DNA from: Balanoglossus misakiensis
Lineage: Eukaryota; Animalia; Hemichordata
DNA length: 64,000 nucleotides
Assembly: GCA_040954595.2 (NCBI GenBank)
Contig: CM082594.2
Span: 5,379,319 to 5,443,318 of the forward strand
Direction of reading: 5' to 3'
Made by a program: the position numbers and the translations under genes. Below, in pieces: positions 55,008 through 64,000 of this stretch (the stretch's first letter is position 1; every line of letters starts with the position of its first letter). The notes below the pieces were generated by a model. The model worked only from the letters and a program-made list of their open reading frames with translations. It did no database searches and had not been told where the DNA came from.

Positions 55008-55193
55008 AAATCGGAGATTTCCTGGGGTAGTCAAAGTGTTTCAAAATCGGAGATTTCCTGGGGTTTCAAAATCGGAGATTTCCTTGGGTTGTCAAAATCG
55101 GAGATTTCCTTGGGTTGTCAAAAATCGGAGATTTCCTGGGGTAGTCAAAATCGGAGATTTCCTGGGGTAGTCAAAATCGGAGATTTCCTTGGG
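55008..55193. repeat. Minisatellite, 7 x about 26 bp
   Basis: Unit AAAATCGGAGATTTCCTKGGGTWGTC at about 55008, 55043, 55068, 55094, 55121, 55147 and 55173. Confidence 0.92.
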
Positions 55194-56322
55194 CAGTTTT
55201 CCTGTGAAATTCCAAGCTGTACTTATTCTGCTGTATTCTGCCACCAAATGATAAATAGAGAAAGAGTTAATTGGTATTGTGAAGTGCAGTACCTTAAGAA
55301 GCAACATAGCAAACCTGTTTAAATTTCTCATTGTTCAACTTTTTTTGTCAAACATTTGCAACATCTATCTTGAAATTCTGCACCCAGAACAAGTCACTAG
55401 TCTCTAGCTGGCCCTTTTAACAAATTTGGCATATTTTCCCTTTTTCATGAAGATTCATTATAGGCTCACTTTTTCTTGCTGAAAATGAATAGAAATGCTT
55501 TTATTCTTACCATGATATACTTCATTTTTTGTTCAATTCAGTGATTTTGATTGGAGATTTCCTGGGGTAGTCAAAAGGTTTCACAATCGGAGATTTCCTG
55601 GGTCAGTTTTCCTGTGAAAATCCAAGCTGTACTTCTTCTGCTGTGTTCTGCCACCAAAAGATAAATAGAGAAAGAGTTAATTGGTATTGTGAAGTGCTGT
55701 ACCTTAAGAAGCAACATAGCAAACCTGTTTAAATTTCTCATTGTTCAACTTTTTTGTCAAACATTTGCAACATCTATCTTGAAATTCTGCACCCAGAACA
55801 AGTCTCTGGTCCTTTTTCACAAAATTGGCATATTTTCCCTTTTTCAAGAACATTCATGAGGCTCACTTTTTCTTGCTGAAAATGAATGGAAATGTTTTAA
55901 TTCCTACCATGATATACTTCGTTTTTTGTTCAATTTACTGGTTTTGATTGGAGATTTCCTGGGGCAGTTTTCCTGTGAAATTCCAAGCTGTACTTCTTCT
56001 GCTGTGTTCTGCCACCAAAAGATAAATAGAGAAAGAGTTAATTGGTATTGTGAAGTGCAGTACCTTAAGAAGCAACATAGCAAAACCTGTTTAAATTTCT
56101 CATTGTTCAACTTTTTTGTCAAACATTTGCAACATCTATTTTGAAATTCTGCAACCAGAACAAGTCACTAGTCTCCCTAGCCTTTTTCACAAAATTGGCA
56201 TATTTTCCCTTTTTCAAGCACATTCATTTTGGCTCACTTTTTCTTGCTGAAAATGAATAGAAATGCTTTTATTCTTACCATGATATACTTCATTTTTTGT
56301 TCATTTCAGTGATTTTGATTGG
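55179..56322. repeat. Tandem repeat, 3 copies of a 360-410 bp unit
   Basis: Copies begin GGAGATTTCC..GGGCAGTTTTCCTGTGAAA at about 55179, 55589 and 55949, and end ..TTTTGATTGG. The bodies are highly similar. Confidence 0.93.
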
Positions 56323-57395
56323 CAGCTCTTTGTGGTGCATCTTCAATATCTTTCAATACCTGAAATACACATAATATTTAACAAAGATTAGTTAGTTACC
56401 CACAAAAGACTAATTCTCAATCTTTCAGATTCCCACAAACCCCTCCACCCCTCCCAATATCGAATGGGATCGCCCATCGGACTGACCCTAAGCCTGAGGT
56501 CACAATGTAACTACTAAACTGCTACACTGCACTGATGATGCAACACACACGTGCACACTGGACGCACGTGGAGTGACAATGCGCAAAATTATGGTTTTCT
56601 TTGCCACAAAATGATAATTCTACAACGTATATGGCAACAATTCAAAAGAACTAGTGATTAAAAGGTACTGGACAGTATTCGTGTAGTAAAAGTTTCTTGC
56701 TCAAAGAGTTGAAATTCCGCCGTGGGACGAAAGCGGGACATGCACGGCCACGGCCCGGGGCGCCCGATCCCGTTGACCGATGCGCGTGTATGCTGACCCG
56801 TACTATTGGAATCAATTTCGGAACTGTTTCGCGGGAAAATGGCACATGTATTATCCGTTCGGACGGTTTGTTTAATAGCTCGACTACAGTCTCCCGCTAA
56901 CTATCTGTTTTCGGGAGTACGAGTGCCAGCCCGCACGGACAAGAGACCTTTGCAAGCGGAGATTACTATAGAGCTCACGGTACACATGAACCAATGAGAT
57001 ACACTGTAAAGGCAGCTGGCGGCTCAATAAAGTTTTTGTTGGTTTTAGATTTCCTACACCAAAATAACTTCAAGTTATTTTTGAAAGGGGGGGGGGTTAA
57101 TTCCTTGGTTAACTTTTGGCGAAAATGACACATAAAAAATAATCAATAACGTGACTTTTTAAGAACCGATTTTGATTTTTTTTCCCATGTTGTCTCTATT
57201 CAGCATTCTATCATATTGCACTATTTTGGAGATGCTTACTTAAAACTTGAAAATTTTGCATTTTAACCCGCCTTAGCCATAACCCCCGCGACACACCTGT
57301 TGTCCGGTCGATATTATTGACGTATCTACCTATATGTTTTTACTTACCGGGGCCATTGTCGTCAAAAATCCAAACACAGGCGATGAGGAATGTGC

Positions 57396-57600
57396 GGATC
57401 TGGTTCTCTTAGTGGACACGACTATACCCCATGGCAACGATACCATGGCAATGAGGGTGAGTTAGGGTTAGGGTTAGGAGGGTTAGGGGTGGCAATGTGA
57501 GGGTGAATTTAACCCTAACCCTAACCCTCCTAACCCTAACCCTAAAAAACCATATTATCGCCCGTGGAGTATAGTCGTGTCCACTAAGAGAACCATATCC
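57396..57600. mobile_element. 205-bp MITE with about 38-bp TIRs, 8-bp TSD and internal inverted telomeric repeats
   Basis: Left TIR GGATCTGGTTCTCTTAGTGGACACGACTATACCCCATGG; right TIR reverse complement GGATATGGTTCTCTTAGTGGACACGACTATACTCCACGG. Perfect TSD GAATGTGC at 57388-57395 and 57601-57608. Confidence 0.92.
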
Positions 57601-60600
57601 GAATGTGCGGCCCGGTCCTACAGCGTGCGCGGCCATTTTTTAAACGTCCGCACGACAACAATCCAGGTGGTGACTTAACCAATCACTGAGAAGCGCGTCT
57701 CCTTATATGGAAACAAAAATAACATCGCGTCTCTCAGTTAAGAAATCGACGTGAGAAACCTTTTAAATTTTTTAAGTGGTCAACTTTTTGTCAAAGATTT
57801 GCTACATCAATCCCATCAACACGGTCTCCAAAATAGTGGTGAGTGATGCGTGACTATGGCGCGTGTGTTAATTGCAGAGTCGCATGGATTTTGTGCTCAA
57901 ATTCCATGCGAATTCGTTCATTTCTTCAAAGTCAGGAAGGTTATCGTCGGGGGAGGGGGGAGAGAAGAGGGTTGGAGATTTAGCCCTTCTTGCCGTTGAT
58001 GGCGTTCTCGTCAGACTCCTTTCTGTTATTAAAATAACATACCGCCTCAACTATCAGAAAAACCACCTTTCTACCCGTGCTGTACAGTAAAACATGGTCA
58101 GAAGTCCCTTCTGAATTTTGCATGCTCTATATTCACGTTTCAAGTCACTTTCCAGGTAGGAAATATCCACTGAGCAAAAGTCGAACCTCCGCGTTATCCA
58201 CTTGATACAACATCCAGACCTACACACAAAACAGGCAACGCTCTATAAAAACGCCCATACGCGCTGAACGGGTCACATCCGTTCAGTATCATTGGGGACA
58301 GCTTAAAAACCGACAAAGAAAGTCTCCAAAGAACACGAACTCGATCAAGAATTGTCAAAATTTACAGCTCCTGATCCATGAAACATTTAGCCTACACTCA
58401 GGAAATGTTCCGGGCTGTGGAGAATTATTGCGAAATGTCACCTTCCCAATCCCCATCCCCCTGGAGAATGCTTGTCAGTGTTTGACGTCATTTTTTTCTC
58501 CAGCTATGTGCATCACGACTCCCATCGGCGCACCGGGATGTATTTGATCAATTACACACGCCTCACTCGTATACAATTATGCCATGTGGGTTTTTTTCCT
58601 GACATTTTGCGCCAAGCAATGGATTATGACTGAGTGAGTGGCGCCCCAGCAATGGAACTGACTGCCACGTCAGAGCGTTGTGTCCCAAATAGAAACGATG
58701 ATGATGATTGTGACGAAACGATGAGAACCGATTTGGCATGTGAAACGGGTTCTTGTCAAAGTAGGACATTTTCAATATAAAACGCTACAGTACTGGTTCG
58801 GGGGTTGAAGTGATGGAGAGATCCGTTGCATTGCCAATCGCGAGCAGTCATCTTTGACATCTCGAGAGAGAAAAAGTCTTGCTGTTGAAAGACACGGTCA
58901 ACGAGCAATGGGGTTGCTTGGATCAATTTCAGTTTATCAGTCATGTCGCGGGATTTTGACGTCACCATGAAAATGAAAATGATTTGCGGTTTTGCATTTA
59001 TAATGTTTAGAGGTGGTTTTGTTCTAGTTTGTTCGTTTGGAAAATCCAGTCTATTTTACACGTTGTGTCGAAATCAGTAATGTTCAATTTCTCTGATGTT
59101 AAGTAATGGCTACACTGGTGTACATTTTCCTTCTATATTCGGAGTAGTTCTCTATTCTTTAGATTTGACATCGCCTCTAAAATCGGTTATACGTTCAAAT
59201 GGAATTATCTCTAAGTTAGTTACCGTAACAACGTTATACTCGTTTGTCACGACGGTGTGTTCTGTGCAGATGTGACGCAGTCGACAAGTGAATAAATTTC
59301 AAGGACTGTATATTCACCCTTTTACGACTCTAAAGAAACACTAAAACGGCAAATGAAATTCAATTTATCCTTGTACACAGGCTTGAAATCCGCCGAACGA
59401 ATTCCAGAAGATGCTGTGCCGTGACGTCATAGTGGCTGACGTAACTCTCTGGCACCTTTGCTGTATTTCCGTTTAAAGCTGACATTTCGACCTCACACTT
59501 AAATCGCTACTACTTCTTTATTAATTTCACACGTGGTTTAAAACAAACCCGGCATGCAGTGTGTCCCCCTTTCATGATAGTCCTTTCCCATGGTGCATTG
59601 CGGTTTTATCTCTAGTAGAGTCGCATCAAACATCATTGTCATCGCTGCGTTGGCCTCAGCTACAGCCGCATTTACACTATCACAGGGCGGGAGTCTCCAG
59701 TCATTTGACAACACTGAACACCGGTACCAGGTAAGATATTTAGCTGTCTTTAAAAGATCACTGGGCGCAACATTTGGCTTTTTCGAAATGTTAGTTCCTC
59801 TATCAGTTTTTTTGTTCTACTCCCTCTAGCATGTTAACACTGCTTGTCAGCGTAGCCTGTAAGTATGTACTTTTTGTCAGCAAATGTCCGGACTTTAATT
59901 CAGTTCCACGCAATGAAGCTATTTGGATACTGGCGTTGAACAAGAAACTTCATTCGATCGATACATAGAATAAAACATTGACCAATAGGAAAAAAATGTT
60001 TTAAGTGTAACCCCAATAGTCTCACTAGAAAATATCGAAATTGTGGTCAAGCTTCTCATGTTCCAGTTCGTGAATTACAGTATATCGTCGGAGGAGAAAA
60101 GATTTCGAGATCAAATCTCTATTCAGACGTGAACTACGAATATGAGATGAGATTGTTTGACTCTAGGAAAAGCATTTGGGAAAACTGTTGACTTAGCAAA
60201 TAGCGACTATACGAATGAATGCCCGACTGAATATGAAGTGTTTTGCATAATAACAGGGATGTATATACAGTCAAATGCATTTCTCGAATTTAGAATTTAC
60301 AACGGCGATGGACACTTTTTGTCGTCTGATTCGGTCCTGGTCAATCATATTTACAATATGATGGAATGAAGACATTCTGTGCAATATGGAGATAAGATAT
60401 TGCAAGCGAGGGTGATGCACTCACAACATCAATTTTGACTACAATGGCATTTTTTATTTCGCGTTTACTCACCCGGCAAATAGTCAATCAAACGTTTTTA
60501 TAATGAAACCACCAAAAGAAATACATCTTGCAAATGTTGTCGTGAGTGCTTTACTTGACACAGTGTTGCCTGTAGATAGCTCCTGTTGGAAGCAGAAATG

Positions 60601-63600
60601 ATGTGCAAATCTTTAAATTCCATTTAAATAATCAAAGTATACCGGAATTTCAAATGTAATAAATGTGCAAGCTGTTGTTGAATTACATAAAAACTACAAC
60701 TGTCATGTACAATGATAATGAGTACTAATTAGTTTTTCGGGTTTCCACACGAATGAGTTCCCTTTTTCTGTTCGTGGTCTTTTCGGATTATAAACGGCTT
60801 GTAAACGACCCGTTATGATCAACCTGATATCCTGCCGAACATGTATTTCAGTGTCAACGCGTTTACTGAATCGCCGCCTCTAACAAGCACATTGTGTGTG
60901 AAAATGTCGATCATAATTAAGACATAAATGACAAGGTGCGATGTCTGTGAATCACAAAATCACGACCAGCGCTCTTGTATACTAAAAATAATCAAAACAC
61001 AGCAAATGTCGCCGATTAAAGTTAAGATAATTTGTTAGTTGAGTTAGAGCCTGCTCGTTTATGCACTGTGCGGCAGAATCAGTATTCAAGACGGAGATAT
61101 GTTGTGTTGTGTTGACGTCTGTAGAACGCCTATACACGGTACACCAACGACGTGAGCCGAGCTTTTTCGTGTGTTAATAACCACGGGCAAAACTTGACGA
61201 CATAATCACAACACAGCACAATATACATCAAGGTTGAAAAAACATTTTCCGGCGATGAAACCTTCAACGAAAAATACTGTCTCCTCTCTTTACAATAATT
61301 TCTGTTAAAATGTGTCCGGTAACAGAAACAGCGAAATAGTGTACCCATTCACAACGTCCTATATACATGTACTATTCCTTAGTGAATTGAAGATGGCAAA
61401 TCAGAACTGACGTCAAAAACGTCTTGCAATTTACGAGTGATGTGAACACTATCGTGACGGCATTATGGTGTCTGACCGTGCCATATTCTCTGTTCAGGAA
61501 GTTTCTCTTTGATCAAACGAATGCAAGCCTTTGAAAGCCAAACATCATTACCTAGACTTCGAAAGCAGAGTCAAGCTATAAAAGCAAATTTCCAGTCAAG
61601 TCACGCGTCAAACAACGCGAGTAAAAGAAATAAAAATCTAGTCGTATCACGGACAAATCTGAGGGCACCCTCGCAGTTCACATTATCCACCCAAACTGTC
61701 TGAAATAATCACCCACGTGTGACTTTATAGGAGAAGTTACGCCCCGTGCTTGTTTTGCGGATAACGATCAATGTTGGCCGGCTTAATTCCAATCTTACTT
61801 TTTGCTCAGTGGCTGTCTTGAGGATAGGGAACGTTGAATACCAAATCGTTATGGTGGCTTTGGGTAGGTACGAGGTATCATCCAGCTACAATTGATATCA
61901 GACACCGACAGCCGAAGGTAATCAGTTCAAAAATAGTTTTATTTTCATAGACAGTACAGGTAGACTCTATTTTGTTTAATTAAATCCATTCATTAATAGG
62001 CCTAAATCTCTAGAACATTATTTAACTCAAGTTTGAAAGTTGTAATAAATTCTTAGCTTTGATGAGTTTTTGCCTGGCATTTGTCCATGCATGCTGAAGT
62101 ACACCATCTGATAAAGAGAATCACGATTGTGTTTGAAGAAGATTGTATGGTAAATTCTAATATTATACACGAGCCATCGTTGTAACCGATACTATGTCAG
62201 GAAGGGGAAAAACGACACGAAGACACAGGCGGGGATTATTCGGATTTCCTGCCCGGATTTTAGTGGCTTCGGCGTCGTTTTAATTTGTCAAGTGGATGAC
62301 TGTTGCATGAAAACTTCCGCCGTGCTAACGAGAGTTCCTCATCACCTGCCCCGGCAGTTTTGCATCTTGTCAACTGTCAATCTAGGCCTAAACACACGCA
62401 CGCACGGCATTCCCGTTTGACCAACAGCAATGTTGACCCTGTCTTTAACACAAACCGAGGCTGCTCAAGTCCAGGGAGATTCCACTGGTTTCTAAGGAAA
62501 GACATCTTTAGCGTCTCTTCATGCTGTGCTAAATTCTAAACCCAGTACTACAGGGAGGGTTGCATCTGCATAGTCGATGCGGGATTTCCCCCGAGGTTCC
62601 ATCATTACACGTGGGTTTACTTAAACACAAAAAGTCACGGGTCATTCATTCCGTCGTCTCTCGCTCACAGAAGCTCTGGAATTACGGATAATCGTCTTGT
62701 CGGGCGCTGAGCATCTCAGTGTTTGAATATCGCAGTCAAGGGAGTAAGTCGAAGATTTAATTATAGGAGACGCCTCGGCATGTTACCGGTTGTTAGAGTG
62801 TTTGGCGCGGTGTACTCACTTTGATTTACACGCGCTGCGCGTCTCCGTGAATGCAAATGGTCTTGTTTGATGGCTTAGCTGAAATCGATTGCTCCACCTG
62901 CTACCAACGCGGAAATTGCTGCCCACGAAACAGTTTCACTTTAATGGTCATCTTTCAATGTTGACACAGGTATTGTGATCCTATGTGTTATGTAATTGGT
63001 CCTGGTTAAATAATTAATGCTCACTCTTCATACAATTATGAATTAAATTATTCAAATAACTTGTAGAACTACATTTATCCATGCAGAGGGCTAGCAAAAA
63101 TTGATTCCAGAACTGTGGCATAGTTTTTTTCTAATTTGAATGATTTTAACGTATAATACTTCCACATCTACAACATAGTAGGCAAAGATAACAGAACGAC
63201 ATGCTTCGCACATTTAAACATCCTATAATTTAACCATTAATCGAGTTACTTGGAGTCGTTTAACTTTCACACGTTTGGGAAGCCAGTTCAGGCTTACAAG
63301 TCTGTCCCAGAAGACACATTAATTAATTGAAGTGTGCGCACATTAAGGTAAATAACGAACGTTAATCTGTGATCATTAAAACAATACAAACAGACGGCTG
63401 GACAGACAGGAAACTGAATTTTGTGTTGTTCTGTGTTCTGTTTTGTAGAATCGTGGACAAAGGGCTAGCATGGCGAGGAGAACAAACACAAAAAAACATG
63501 CCAACGTCACGTTTTGACTTTCAATAAACGGGGTTCAAAGGTTGATTGGTAGTAACAACATGATCGATATACAAAGGGTACAAATCTAGAAGTAATTAAC

Positions 63601-63764
63601 TCGGTGACACTATGTTTAGATTAACAAAATAAAAATAATAAAGTAATGAAACTATATTCAAATTGAATGTGGCATTTTATTGCGCCATTACTTGAATCAA
63701 GGCATATGGTGAGAAACGCTTACGAATACAAAGTTTAGACATTCAGTTTAGAAAGCAGTTAACC

Positions 63765-63934
63765 TAGCCCGGAGACCAGGGCGTAGGGTGTCAACATTTG
63801 ATAGATCACTCGTTATCCATTCGTTACTAAGCGACCCTGATCGTTGCCAGGGCTACTATCTTTCAGCTCATCGGGACATTACTCGACTGTCCCCGGGCGT
63901 TGTATTCTAGATCGACGCCCTGGTCTCCGGGCTA
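63765..63934. mobile_element. 170-bp MITE with perfect 20-bp TIRs and 9-bp TSD
   Basis: TAGCCCGGAGACCAGGGCGT ... ACGCCCTGGTCTCCGGGCTA, flanked by CAGTTAACC (63756-63764) and CAGTTAGCC (63935-63943), one mismatch. Confidence 0.88.
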
Positions 63935-64000
63935 CAGTTAGCCCCTTTTCATGTATAGTTCCACCAGCTTTGCGTTTTGTGTGCGTTTGGGGGGGGGGGG

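Larger units (their letters stand above)
51240..56420. other. CpG-depleted, repeat-laden block, probably a transposon-derived insertion (ends unresolved)
   Basis: Only about a dozen CpG counted by eye in 51240-53500, against CpG-rich flanks. Contains four adjacent tandem arrays. No TIR, TSD or transposase was found. Confidence 0.4.

Noticed and set aside
54337-55193. CRISPR-like appearance of the 26-46 bp repeats
   Set aside because: The units are directly tandem with no unique spacers, there are no cas genes, and the context is eukaryotic.
54518-56144. Repetitive ORFs (SQMFLLKSN..., FSCEIPSCT...)
   Set aside because: By-products of the tandem arrays; unit lengths vary and shift the frame.
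56600-56655. Helitron 3' end (CTAG|T) closing the CpG-depleted block
   Set aside because: No proper short GC-rich hairpin upstream of the CTAG, and no matching 5' end was identified.
57460-57545. Ancestral telomere-telomere fusion site
   Set aside because: Only a few repeat units, enclosed by TIRs and a perfect 8-bp TSD, so a MITE explains it.

Overview
Eukaryotic (metazoan), AT-rich, mostly non-coding window. It holds two intron-containing ANTP-class homeobox genes in tandem on the + strand. The first is engrailed (2 coding exons, 9753-10257 and 20190-20506, 273 aa, one 9.9 kb intron, EH1-EH5 all present). The second is a Nedx/lms-family gene (3 coding exons, 37009-37384, 41326-41524, 45521-45752, 268 aa). 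En next to Nedx is a piece of the proposed ancestral Super-Hox (En-Nedx-Dlx) linkage. Nedx is lost in vertebrates, so the host is an invertebrate; a non-vertebrate deuterostome such as a hemichordate is my guess only. The most striking observation is that the Nedx protein copies the engrailed layout: an eh1 motif, an EH2-like WPSWIYATRY motif cut by a phase-1 intron at exactly the same offset as in engrailed, a basic linker of near-equal length, and an EH5-like RQGLW motif. The rest is regulatory DNA, microsatellites, two intact MITEs with target-site duplications (one built around inverted TTAGGG repeats), a Helentron-like hairpin, and a CpG-depleted block of about 5 kb carrying nested tandem repeats. 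Nearly all other ORFs in the track look spurious. All coordinates and counts were read by eye.
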